DNA of 56,652 bases from Christensenella sp. UBA4247 (GCA_002395405.1 DGWX01000022.1:4039-60690), one strand, 5' to 3'; shown: positions 17,756 to 26,601, numbered from the stretch's first letter. Numbers and translations: made by a program. The notes: generated from the sequence alone by a model not told the origin.

Positions 17756-18852
17756 GCGAATTCGATTATCTCGTCGTCGGCGCGGGGCTCTTCGGAGCCG
17801 CTTTCGCTTATCAGGCGGCGGACAAAGGAAAGAAAGTCCTCGTGATCGACAGGCGCCCGCATATCGCGGGAAACGCCTACACCGAAACGATCGAAGGGAT
17901 TTCCGTCCATCGATACGGCGCGCATATTTTTCATACTTCTAACGAGGAAGTTTGGTCGTTCGTCAATCGATTCGCATCTTTCAACGGTTTTATCAATTCC
18001 CCTCTCGCAAATTATCGCGGAGAGATCTATCATCTGCCTTTTAATATGAACACGTTCCGCGAAATGTGGGGCGTGACAGACGCGGACGAAGCGAAAGCCA
18101 TCATCGAAAGCCAAAGAGAAGGCGCACCGGAGAATCCGACGAACCTCGAAGAGCAGGCGATCCGCCTGGTCGGGCGCGACGTGTATGAAAAACTCGTAAA
18201 GGGCTATACGGAAAAGCAGTGGGGCAGGGAATGCAGAGCGCTTCCGCCTTCCATTATTACGCGACTTCCTCTCCGCTTTACCTTCGATAATAATTATTTT
18301 AACGACCGCTATCAAGGCGTTCCGATAGGCGGCTATACCCGAATGGTGGAAAAAATGCTTGCCGGCGTCCCCGTAAAACTCGGCGTGGATTATTTTGATT
18401 TTATCAAGCAAAATCCGAATATCGCAAAGAAAACGCTTTACACCGGCGCGATCGACGAGTTCTTTTCTTTTTGTTTCGGACATCTTTCTTATCGCAGCCT
18501 AACGTTCGAAACCGAAGTCCTCGATCAAAAGGAGTTTCAGCCCGTTGCCGTCGTTAATTATACGGCGGCGGAAGTTCCATATACCCGTGTGATCGAGCAT
18601 AAGCATTTCGAATTCGGAAAACAGGAAAAAACCGTTATCAGCCGCGAATATCCGTCAGAATGGAGCGCGGGCAAAGAGCCTTATTATCCGATCAACGATG
18701 AAAAGAATCAAGCGCTGTATCGAAAATACCTCGAAAAAGCCGCGGAATTTCCCTCCGTTCTCTTCGGCGGCAGGCTCGCCGAATATAAGTATTACGATAT
18801 GGACGACGTGATCGCTTCCGCGCTTCGCCTTTCCGAACGAGAATTCAATTAA
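17752..18852 (+). CDS. glf: UDP-galactopyranose mutase
   Basis: MSEFDYLVVGAGLFGAAFA..GNAYTE..VHRYGAHIFHT. ATGA overlap with the upstream gene. Start set inside ORF 17659..18852. Confidence 0.9.
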   Translation: MSEFDYLVVGAGLFGAAFAYQAADKGKKVLVIDRRPHIAGNAYTETIEGISVHRYGAHIFHTSNEEVWSFVNRFASFNGFINSPLANYRGEIYHLPFNMNTFREMWGVTDADEAKAIIESQREGAPENPTNLEEQAIRLVGRDVYEKLVKGYTEKQWGRECRALPPSIITRLPLRFTFDNNYFNDRYQGVPIGGYTRMVEKMLAGVPVKLGVDYFDFIKQNPNIAKKTLYTGAIDEFFSFCFGHLSYRSLTFETEVLDQKEFQPVAVVNYTAAEVPYTRVIEHKHFEFGKQEKTVISREYPSEWSAGKEPYYPINDEKNQALYRKYLEKAAEFPSVLFGGRLAEYKYYDMDDVIASALRLSEREFN

Positions 18853-18858
18853 AACTTT

Positions 18859-18889
18859 GCCGCGCGCTTTCCGCCGCGGCTCTTTTTTT
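18859..18889 (+). terminator. intrinsic terminator after glf
   Basis: Stem GCCGCG/CGCGGC followed by TCTTTTTTT. Confidence 0.7.
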
Positions 18890-19078
18890 CTCTTTTACTC
18901 TCATATGCATATATGCGCATAGGAACCTACGTTTATGGGATACGTATTTGCCCGAATATAAGTTACGCGTCTTATATGAGGGAATCTCGTTTTGAGAATA
19001 GAGCAAACGTTTTGCATTTAGCGTTGCGTAAAAATAAAAAGCATTCGCTCTCGTAAGTGCGCTCGATAGTCGCGCACC

Positions 19079-19107
19079 TTGTTTTTTTCGGTCGAATATG
19101 ATACAAT
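19079..19107 (+). promoter_or_regulatory. promoter placing ATG 19114 at the predicted +1 (leaderless)
   Basis: TTGTTT, 17 nt spacer, TG-extended TACAAT (19102-19107), 6 nt, ATG. Confidence 0.45.
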
Positions 19108-19113
19108 CAATTT

Positions 19114-19704
19114 ATGAAAGCGAATAAAGCCACATTGATCGCGCAGGCGATCGGAATGTATCTTATGCACATTCCGCTTTATATTTTCTTCATCGTAGAA
19201 CTTTTTCCCGGGGAACATCAGTCCATTGCGAAAGGGCTTTTGCTTGCTTTGCTGATCTTAACGGTGCCGGTGGTTCTTATTTGCGCCGCCAACATCGTTT
19301 TCGCGGTAATTTCGATTTTCAAAGGTGAAACCGATCCGAGCAAAACGGTTTTGAAGGTCAAACTCGCGCTGATCCCTTGGTATGTGATAAACTTCGTCAT
19401 GTGCTTCGTCATTGTCGCGGTGCTTTCCAATCCTTTTATGATGCTCGGCATTCCCGCTGTGATCGGGCTCTCGCTATGTATGACTTATTTCTTTATGCTC
19501 GGGACTTCTCTCGCCGACGTGGCGAATTATCTTCGAAAGGTTTACGTTGAAAAGTCCGAGAAGCCGAGCAAGTCACGAATTGTTACCGTGATTTGCCTCT
19601 TAATTTTCTGCTTGGACATAGTCGGCGGAGTCGCCTTTTATCGTCAAAACGAGAGGGCAAAGTTCGCCTCGAATAGCGACCCCGCGATCTCGGAAGAGGA
19701 ATAA
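19114..19704 (+). CDS. polytopic membrane protein, function unknown
   Basis: Five or six hydrophobic helices. Visibly more AT-rich than its neighbours. Confidence 0.55.
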   Translation: MKANKATLIAQAIGMYLMHIPLYIFFIVELFPGEHQSIAKGLLLALLILTVPVVLICAANIVFAVISIFKGETDPSKTVLKVKLALIPWYVINFVMCFVIVAVLSNPFMMLGIPAVIGLSLCMTYFFMLGTSLADVANYLRKVYVEKSEKPSKSRIVTVICLLIFCLDIVGGVAFYRQNERAKFASNSDPAISEEE

Positions 19705-19793
19705 TTTTATTTGATAGAATCGTTATTTGTCGGCGCCTTGCGTAACAAGCGGAGTTTTTCAGCCGCCGATCCCCACCCGTTCAAGCCCCACGT

Positions 19794-19824
19794 AAAAAAA
19801 AAAGCATTCGCTTTTGCGAATGCT
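19794..19824 (-). terminator. intrinsic terminator after tRNA-Leu
   Basis: 9-bp stem AGCATTCGC/GCGAATGCT with a TTTT loop. Followed by a 10-nt U-run on the minus strand. Confidence 0.75.
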
Positions 19825-19826
19825 CT

Positions 19827-19912
19827 TGGTGCCGAAGGTGGGACTTGAACCCACACGTTGTCGCCAACAATGGATTTTGAGTCCATCGCGTCTGCCATTC
19901 CACCACTTCGGC
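19827..19912 (-). tRNA. tRNA-Leu (anticodon CAA), CCA encoded
   Basis: Minus strand: GCCGAAGTGGTGGAATGGCAGACGCGATGGACTCAAAATCCATTGTTGGCGACAACGTGTGGGTTCAAGTCCCACCTTCGGCACCA. It has a long variable arm, a GTTCAAGTCC T-arm, and anticodon loop CT-CAA-AA. Confidence 0.9.
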
Positions 19913-19922
19913 TTGCCTAATT

Positions 19923-19952
19923 ACTATAACATAGCGAATCGGAGAATTGCAA
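19923..19952 (-). promoter_or_regulatory. promoter of tRNA-Leu
   Basis: Minus strand: TTGCAA, 18 nt spacer, TATAGT, about 10 nt before the mature 5' end. Confidence 0.5.
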
Positions 19953-20128
19953 GCGTTTTTTAGGAAAAGGCGGAACGATTCCCGCGCTTTTCGCATAGGA
20001 TACAGTAGCACGAAAGAAAAAATCGCAGCGCGCCCCTTGTAATACGATCGACGGTAGGTCGAAGGTGGGGCGAAAACGAAATAAAATACATCTTGAAAAA
20101 TGCCGGCGCCCGGCTTTGATCCTTTCAT

Positions 20129-20160
20129 CGCACCGCTCGAAAGGGCGGTGCGTCTTTTGT
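20129..20160 (+). terminator. orphan intrinsic terminator-like hairpin
   Basis: 8-bp stem CGCACCGC/GCGGTGCG followed by TCTTTTGT. No annotated plus-strand gene lies upstream. Confidence 0.5.
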
Positions 20161-20258
20161 CGTTCTTAAAGAGGAAGCGCTCGAAAAGGTTCGGAAGGGA
20201 AAGTCGTAACGGATCGGAATATCGGCGGTTTTTCGGGATAATAAATTTCGATTCTCTC

Positions 20259-20287
20259 TTGAAAATACATATATAAAGTGTTAAAAT
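20259..20287 (+). promoter_or_regulatory. promoter of ppa
   Basis: TTGAAA, 17 nt spacer, TAAAAT. GGAGG RBS lies 8 nt before the ATG at 20318. Confidence 0.55.
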
Positions 20288-20317
20288 ATTACATTATACG
20301 TTTTGGAGGTTTTTCCG

Positions 20318-20848
20318 ATGAATTTATGGCGCGATATAAACCCCTCTCGCATCAGTCCGCAAGATTTTATTGCGGTTATCGAGATCAGCAAAGGCAGTAA
20401 AAACAAGTACGAACTGGACAAAGAATCCGGCGCGCTGATCCTCGATCGCGTTTTATATACGTCGACGCATTATCCCGCGAATTACGGGTTTATTCCGTTA
20501 ACGTATGCGGACGATAAAGACCCTTTGGACGTTTTGGTTCTTTGCAGCGAGCAGATCGCCCCTCTCGCCCTCGTGGAATGTTACCCGATCGGCGTTATGG
20601 CGATGATAGACGGCGGCGCGTTCGACTATAAGATCATCGCCGTTCCCTTCAAAGATCCCACTTATAATACCTATCGCGAAGTCGGCGAGCTTCCGCCTCA
20701 TATCGTGCAGGAGATCGCGCACTTTTTCAACGTGTATAAACAGCTCGAACATAAAGAAACGACCGTTATGGAGATCCTCGGTCGCGATCGCGCGCTTACG
20801 ATCATTCGCGAAGCGCTTGACCTTTACAGGGAGAAATTCGTGCATTGA
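20318..20848 (+). CDS. ppa: inorganic pyrophosphatase, family I
   Basis: IEISKGSKNKYELDK..YPANYGFIP..DDKDPLDVLVL. Confidence 0.9.
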   Translation: MNLWRDINPSRISPQDFIAVIEISKGSKNKYELDKESGALILDRVLYTSTHYPANYGFIPLTYADDKDPLDVLVLCSEQIAPLALVECYPIGVMAMIDGGAFDYKIIAVPFKDPTYNTYREVGELPPHIVQEIAHFFNVYKQLEHKETTVMEILGRDRALTIIREALDLYREKFVH

Positions 20849-20850
20849 GT

Positions 20851-22296
20851 ATGACTTCGTTTGACGTGATCGTGATCGGCGGCGGCGTTGTCGGAACCGC
20901 CGTTTTGAAAAGCCTCGCGAGTTACGAGGCGAAAACGCTTCTTCTCGAAAAAGCTTCCGATCTTTCGATGGGCAGCAGCCGCGCGAACAGCGGCATCGTA
21001 CACGCGGGTTATGACGCCGAACCCGGAACGAAGAAAGCGTATTTTAACGTACTCGGCGCCAAGATGCTTCCCGCGCTCGCGGAAGAACTTCACGTTCCCT
21101 ATCGAAAAACCGGATCGCTCGTTGCGGCGAAAGGGGGGGGAGAAGCGGGACTCGAAGTTTTGCTCGATCGCGCGAAAAAGAACGGCGTTCGCGCCGAGAT
21201 CCTTTCCCGCGAAAAGATCCTCGAACTCGAACCGAAAATTTCGCCCGAAATCCAAAGCGCCCTTTATGCGCCCGACGCGGGCGTCGTGTCACCTTATAAG
21301 CTGACCATTGCGCAGGGCGATTTCGCCGTATTGAACGGCGCTACGGTAAAACTGAACGAAAAAGTAGAGGGGATCGAGCGGGCGGAAACCGGCTTTATCG
21401 TAAAAACAAGCAAAGGCGAATATGCGGCGAAAGCCGTTGTCAACGCGGCGGGTGCGGGCGCGAAAAGAATAAACGAAGCGATCGGAGAAATGTCGGTCGA
21501 GCAAGTTTACGCCGCAGGTGACTATTATATTTTGGACAGTAAGCAGAGCGGCGTCGTAAACACCGTCGTTTTCCCCTTGCCCGACGAGAAGGGAAAAGGG
21601 ATCCTCGTTGCGCCCACGGCGGACGGGAACGTGATCCTCGGACCGACTTCGCGCCGCGTTTCGGAAGCGCAAGCGGAAAGAAACGCCGTCACGAGAGAAG
21701 GGCTTGCCCTTGTAAGAGAAGGGGTAAACCGCCTCATATCCGGCGTCAGGATCGGAGACGCGATCCGCGTTTACGCGGGAACGAGGACTTCGGTCGGAAG
21801 CGATTTTATCATCGAAGAATCCAAGTCTTTCCCCGGATATTTTATGCTCCTCGGGATCTGCTCTCCCGGGCTGACTTCCTCTCCCGCGATCGGAGAGTAC
21901 GTTGCCGAATGGGCGGCGAAAAAATTCGCGTTTAAGAAAAAAGAAAAAACGGTGCCTTTGCCGAAAAAATTCAAGCTTTCCGCTTGTTCGATCGAAGAAG
22001 CGAGAGAAAAGGCAAAGGAAGATCCCGCGTTCGGCAGGATCGTGTGTCGCTGTGAGAAAGTAACGGAAGGGGAGATCCTTTCCGCGATCCATTCGCCGGT
22101 CCCCGCTTGTACGGTGGACGCGGTCAAGCGCCGCGTTCGAGCGGGAATGGGGCGATGCCAAGGGGGATTTTGTATGCCGCGCGTTATGGAGATCCTGTCG
22201 CGCGAATTGCACTTGCCGCTTACCGCGATCCGAAAAGGAGACGAGGGAAGCGAGATCGCGCCTTACGAGGTAAAAGACGGATATGAAGAACTTTGA
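20851..22296 (+). CDS. FAD-dependent oxidoreductase, GlpA / glycerol-3-phosphate dehydrogenase-like, with BFD-like [2Fe-2S] domain
   Basis: FDVIVIGGGVVGTAV, C-terminal CRCEKVTEGEI..RAGMGRCQGGFC. A TTG at 20845 is an alternative start. Confidence 0.8.
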   Translation: MTSFDVIVIGGGVVGTAVLKSLASYEAKTLLLEKASDLSMGSSRANSGIVHAGYDAEPGTKKAYFNVLGAKMLPALAEELHVPYRKTGSLVAAKGGGEAGLEVLLDRAKKNGVRAEILSREKILELEPKISPEIQSALYAPDAGVVSPYKLTIAQGDFAVLNGATVKLNEKVEGIERAETGFIVKTSKGEYAAKAVVNAAGAGAKRINEAIGEMSVEQVYAAGDYYILDSKQSGVVNTVVFPLPDEKGKGILVAPTADGNVILGPTSRRVSEAQAERNAVTREGLALVREGVNRLISGVRIGDAIRVYAGTRTSVGSDFIIEESKSFPGYFMLLGICSPGLTSSPAIGEYVAEWAAKKFAFKKKEKTVPLPKKFKLSACSIEEAREKAKEDPAFGRIVCRCEKVTEGEILSAIHSPVPACTVDAVKRRVRAGMGRCQGGFCMPRVMEILSRELHLPLTAIRKGDEGSEIAPYEVKDGYEEL

Positions 22297-23518
22297 CGTT
22301 GTCGTAATCGGAGGCGGACCGGCGGGACTCGCCGCCGCGCTTTCCGCAAGAAAAAAGGGAGCGTCGGTCGCCGTTCTCGAAAGAGACGATAAACTCGGCG
22401 GCATCCTCAATCAATGCATACATAGTGGTTTCGGGCTGCATTATTTCGGCGAAGAACTGACGGGACCCGAGTACGCGAAACGGTTTCGAGACGCGGTATT
22501 GCAAGACTCAGGCATTTCCGTGTTTTTGGAAACGATGGTTTTGTCTCTTTCGAAAGATAAGATCATTTGCGCTCTCTCGCCTGCGGAAGGGCTTCTCGAA
22601 ATACAAGCGAAAGCGGTCGTTCTTGCGATGGGTTGCCGCGAAAGAAGCGCCGGCGCGATCGCGCTTGCGGGCGAAAGACCCGCCGGCATTTATACGGCGG
22701 GCGCGGCGCAGCGTTTGTGCAATATCGACGGTTGTCTCGTGGGCAAAGAAGTCGTAATCCTCGGCAGCGGCGATATCGGGCTGATCATGGCGCGCCGAAT
22801 GACGAGCGAAGGCGCGAAGGTCAAGCTCGTTATGGAGATCATGCCGTTCTCGTCGGGACTGAAACGCAATATCGTGCAGTGTTTGAACGATTTTGATATC
22901 CCGCTTCGTTATTCCACGACGGTTACCCGGGCCGAAGGGAAGGATCGCCTGACGGGCGTGTATATCGCGCCGGTGGACGAAAAGCTCGCGCCCATTCTCG
23001 AAAAAGAAGAATTTATCCCTTGTGACACGCTTCTTTTGTCCGTCGGACTGATCCCCGAAAACGATCTCGTAAGCGATATGATCGAGCTCAGTCCGATTAC
23101 AAAGGGCGCCGTGGTGGACGAAAGACGCGAGACTTCTCTCGAAGGCGTTTTTTCGGCGGGCAACGTTCTGCACGTTCACGATCTCGTGGATAACGTCAGC
23201 GAAGAGGCGGCGATCGCGGGAGAGAGCGCGGCGCTTTACGCGCTCGGAAAGCTGCCCCGCGGGGAAAAATATGCCGTTACGCCCTCTCGCGGTGTTCGCT
23301 ATGCGCTTCCGCAGCGGATCCAAGCGGGAGAGGGAAAGGTTCGCGTCTATTTCCGAGTGGATCAAGTTTACAGAGGGAAAACCGTGGCGGTCGCCTCGGG
23401 CGGCGAAATCGTTAAACGGAAGAAAACGGCGGTTATGGCGCCTGGAGAAATGCAATATATCGAAATTGATAAAACCGCGCTGACGGGCGACGTTTCGATT
23501 TATTTGGAGGAAGTATGA
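22283..23518 (+). CDS. NAD(P)/FAD-dependent pyridine nucleotide-disulfide oxidoreductase-like subunit
   Basis: FDVVVIGGGPAGLAAA and a second fold VVILGSGDIGLIMA. Overlaps the upstream gene. This is the usual partner in the GlpA-like / DUF1667 trio. Confidence 0.75.
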   Translation: MKNFDVVVIGGGPAGLAAALSARKKGASVAVLERDDKLGGILNQCIHSGFGLHYFGEELTGPEYAKRFRDAVLQDSGISVFLETMVLSLSKDKIICALSPAEGLLEIQAKAVVLAMGCRERSAGAIALAGERPAGIYTAGAAQRLCNIDGCLVGKEVVILGSGDIGLIMARRMTSEGAKVKLVMEIMPFSSGLKRNIVQCLNDFDIPLRYSTTVTRAEGKDRLTGVYIAPVDEKLAPILEKEEFIPCDTLLLSVGLIPENDLVSDMIELSPITKGAVVDERRETSLEGVFSAGNVLHVHDLVDNVSEEAAIAGESAALYALGKLPRGEKYAVTPSRGVRYALPQRIQAGEGKVRVYFRVDQVYRGKTVAVASGGEIVKRKKTAVMAPGEMQYIEIDKTALTGDVSIYLEEV

Positions 23519-23862
23519 ACACCGTTTGCATTATGTGTCCGATCGGATGCGCTCTGTCCGTTACGGAAGAGAGCGGCAAGATCGTGGTTACGGGGAACAG
23601 CTGTTTGCGCGGACAAAAATACGGGGAAAGCGAGTTCGTTTGCCCAAAGCGCGTCGTAACGACTCTTATCAAAGGCGAAAAGGGCGGCGTGGTCAGCGTT
23701 AAGACCGCGGAACCCGTTGAAAAGAAACTCGTAAAAGAAGTTTTGAAAGAGGCGGCGGCGTTTCGTCTCTCCTCATCCGTTCGAGCGGGCGAGATCGTTT
23801 TGGAGAACGTTGCCGGGAGCGGCGTAGCCCTCGTGGCAACGGCGGATTACGACGCAAAATGA
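23515..23862 (+). CDS. DUF1667 domain protein
   Basis: MNTVCIMCPIGCALSV..GNSCLRGQKYG Cys pattern. ATGA overlaps on both sides. Confidence 0.7.
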   Translation: MNTVCIMCPIGCALSVTEESGKIVVTGNSCLRGQKYGESEFVCPKRVVTTLIKGEKGGVVSVKTAEPVEKKLVKEVLKEAAAFRLSSSVRAGEIVLENVAGSGVALVATADYDAK

Positions 23863-24797
23863 TGCTGTATTACGAGTTTAAGGCGGCGCTTTCCCGCGGC
23901 GAATACGCGCCGATCTATAAGATCGGGGGCGAAGATAAATATTGGTCGGAGCTTGCTTATAAAGATCTCTTGGCTCTTTCTTCCGAATTGGATACCGAGA
24001 TCCTTTCGGACGATCAACCGGTGGACGACGCGATCTTCGGCGTGGGTTCTTTCCCGATGATGTCGGAAAGAAAAATCGCCGTCGTTCGCGACCGCAAACT
24101 GAAAGAAGCGGACGTAAAAATCCTTTCGTCCTACTTGAAAAATCCCTCGCCGACGGGTATTTTGATTTTATATAACTGCGAAGGTTCCCTTCCCGGGGCG
24201 AAGGAATTCGATTTCGGGATCGTTCAAGAGGGAGAGCTTGTTCCTTATCTGACGCGACTCGCGGGAGAAATGGGCGGCAGCATAACGGAATCCGCCGCGC
24301 ATAAGCTCGCGCGATACGCCGAACTTTCGATGACGCGGATCAAAAACGAACTCATTAAGCTCGTACCCGTGGGGGAGATCACGGACGATCTCGTGGAATC
24401 GTACGTCGAGCCTTCGTATTCCTATCGCGTTTTCGATTTTACGGACGCGATCGCGAAGGGAAGTTATAAGGGCGCTTACGACGTGCTGTCGTCGCTCGCT
24501 CGGAACGCTTACGAGTATTCTCCTTTCTTTACCCGATTGACCGATTACGTCCGTCTGATGCTGCATACGAAACTCGCAAAGGGGGAATCGGACGCCGATC
24601 TCGCGAAGAAAATGGGCGTTTCGCCCTATCCTCTGCAAAAGGCGAAAAAAGCGGCTTCGGCTTATACTTCGCGCCGCCTTTTGTCCATACTTATGAAGCT
24701 GTACGAGCTGGAAGAGGATTTCAAAACGGGGAATATCGGCGTGGAGAACGCAATGGATCTTGCGATCGCTTATGCGATCGAAGAGAGGAATGGATAA
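23859..24797 (+). CDS. holA: DNA polymerase III delta subunit
   Basis: Size and layout fit HolA: APIYKIGGEDKYW, NELIKL, YRVFDFTDAI, C-terminal LYELEEDFKTG. Motif-level call only. Confidence 0.6.
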   Translation: MMLYYEFKAALSRGEYAPIYKIGGEDKYWSELAYKDLLALSSELDTEILSDDQPVDDAIFGVGSFPMMSERKIAVVRDRKLKEADVKILSSYLKNPSPTGILILYNCEGSLPGAKEFDFGIVQEGELVPYLTRLAGEMGGSITESAAHKLARYAELSMTRIKNELIKLVPVGEITDDLVESYVEPSYSYRVFDFTDAIAKGSYKGAYDVLSSLARNAYEYSPFFTRLTDYVRLMLHTKLAKGESDADLAKKMGVSPYPLQKAKKAASAYTSRRLLSILMKLYELEEDFKTGNIGVENAMDLAIAYAIEERNG

Positions 24798-25348
24798 TGG
24801 AAACTTTGAAAAGAATCAAACCGTTTGTTCTGTTTTGTCTGACGGGGATCGCCTTTTATTTTTCGAGGATCGCAACGACCTTTCAACTCATCGGCTCGGC
24901 TTCCGTCTTGACGGGCAGTTCTTATGTCTCTTTGATGGTGGCGGTCGCGATCACGACGGTTATTTTGTCCGCCTTGATCGCGAAACTCGTCGTGCGCGTC
25001 GCATTTCGCATTGCGGGCGCGGTATTTACAAAAGAGAGCGGGCGGCTTTTTCCGTTCCCGATTCATTACGGAGAATTTACTTCGATCTGTTTGCTCTTCG
25101 CGATCCCGTGTTTATTGCTTTGCGGCGCAACGGAGATCCCCGTTTTGTTCTTCCCGACCTTTATGCGTGTGGCAAGCGCGATCCGAAGCGTCGTAATATG
25201 GGTATTTCTCGCCCTCGGCGCGCTGTATTTTATGCGCCGCTACGCTCACGATTACGATAAAAAGTCCCTTGCGGTGTCCTTATCCGTCGTTCCTTTGTTT
25301 ATCGTCGGGATCACTCTTGCTTTGACGATCGTGGAGATTGCGTTATGA
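24797..25348 (+). CDS. polytopic membrane protein, function unknown
   Basis: Four or five hydrophobic helices. 1-nt overlap with holA. Confidence 0.5.
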   Translation: METLKRIKPFVLFCLTGIAFYFSRIATTFQLIGSASVLTGSSYVSLMVAVAITTVILSALIAKLVVRVAFRIAGAVFTKESGRLFPFPIHYGEFTSICLLFAIPCLLLCGATEIPVLFFPTFMRVASAIRSVVIWVFLALGALYFMRRYAHDYDKKSLAVSLSVVPLFIVGITLALTIVEIAL

Positions 25349-26601
25349 AAAAATGTTTGAGTTTGATTTTGCTGCTTTGCTTTTTGTTTTTCGCGTTTTC
25401 CACCGCCTCTTTTTCTTCGGCGGAAACGATGACGTCCGCTTATTCGTATGCAGAACGCTTCGCCGCGTTATATCCCGTTCGGACGGCGGAGAGCGGCGAG
25501 GAAGGGCGAGCCTCTTCCTATCTTTCGTCCGCGCTTTCGCTGATGGGCTACGAAGTCGCGACGCCGTCTTTCAAATATTATAACGCCTCTTCCGGCGCCT
25601 CTTCTTCCGCTTCTCGGCTCGTAGAATACAATCATGTGATCGGAATAAAAGATTTCGGGAAAGAAAAAACCGTTCTGATCGGCGGATATTACGGAAGTTT
25701 TTCTCCTTCTGACAGCGGTGGCGCGGGCGAGGGCGCCGAGGTCGCGCTCGGTGTGGGCGCTATTCTCAGTGCGGCGGAAAAGATCGCGCTTTCTTCTCCC
25801 GATTACAACGTGGCAGTCGCCTTTTGGGGCGGTTTGGAGCTTTCGGATTTCGACGTTAAAAAATGCGGCGTAAACTTAAAAACGCTCGCGCTGTATATCA
25901 ACGTGGACGGGGTCGCCGCCGGTAAATACGATTATCTTTTTACGGATGACGTTCCTCGCTCTCACGACGCTTACTTCCTCTCCGTTATCGAAAAAGCGGG
26001 CGCTTTTGTAAAAAAAGCCCCCGCCTTTAAGCGCGCCTCTTCCTTTTACGCGGTGGACGGAGCGTATTCCTATACGCATCTCGGGCTTGCCGGCGCGAAC
26101 GTATATTTTCTAAATGAAGAGATCCCGTGCGCTTCCTTTGTGGGCGGAGATTGGGAGAAAGAAGCGGGCTTGTATCGTTATGCGGATAAAGCGGACGTTG
26201 CGGGAACGCGGCTGGATACCTTTACCGAGTTGAACGCTCGTAACGGCGGAAAAAGCGAAACCGAAGCGCGCCTTGCCTCTCTGTCGAACGTCATCGCGCA
26301 GGCCGTAACGGGCGAAGGATTGAAACCCGCGCTCGAAAAATCCGCGAAGGACGTTACGGGCGCCGATCTGAATAGCAGGCTCGCCTATCTTTTGATCCTC
26401 TTGATCGGGGGCGCGGCGGTGATCGCGTTCTTCGTCGTTTTGATCCTGAAGCAGGGCAAAGACCGCAAAGAAAAAATTTGGGAGAATTCCTTCGATACTC
26501 CGCGGGAAAGTCGCTCCGATCCTTTTTCCGATTTTTCAGAGGAAGAAAAGAAATCGGAAGAGGAAAAATCCGATCGGGATGACGACGTGTTCAGATTTTG
26601 A
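25345..26601 (+). CDS. secreted, C-terminally anchored M28-like protein with substituted metal ligands
   Basis: Signal peptide. M28-like blocks NHVIGIK, VLIGGYYGS, GAGEGAEVALGVGAIL, INVDGVA. C-terminal TM LAYLLILLIGGAAVIAFFVVLIL followed by an acidic tail. Confidence 0.5.
   Translation: MKKCLSLILLLCFLFFAFSTASFSSAETMTSAYSYAERFAALYPVRTAESGEEGRASSYLSSALSLMGYEVATPSFKYYNASSGASSSASRLVEYNHVIGIKDFGKEKTVLIGGYYGSFSPSDSGGAGEGAEVALGVGAILSAAEKIALSSPDYNVAVAFWGGLELSDFDVKKCGVNLKTLALYINVDGVAAGKYDYLFTDDVPRSHDAYFLSVIEKAGAFVKKAPAFKRASSFYAVDGAYSYTHLGLAGANVYFLNEEIPCASFVGGDWEKEAGLYRYADKADVAGTRLDTFTELNARNGGKSETEARLASLSNVIAQAVTGEGLKPALEKSAKDVTGADLNSRLAYLLILLIGGAAVIAFFVVLILKQGKDRKEKIWENSFDTPRESRSDPFSDFSEEEKKSEEEKSDRDDDVFRF

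Noticed and set aside
18900-18925. Palindromic AT-rich sequence (CATATGCATATATGCGCATA) after glf.
   Set aside because: It is a short 10-bp palindrome in an AT-rich spacer. It recurs nowhere else in the window, and no adjacent gene suggests an operator.
19781-20128. 115-aa minus-strand ORF.
   Set aside because: It overlaps the whole tRNA-Leu gene, its promoter and its terminator, so it cannot be a real CDS.
20268-20300. AT-rich sequence whose reverse complement (CGTATAATGTAATATTTTAAC) contains the ATAATGTA core of Xer dif sites.
   Set aside because: Only the left arm and centre resemble dif. The XerD-arm consensus (TTATGTTAAAT or TTATGTAAACT) is not matched. The sequence also coincides with the ppa -10 region.
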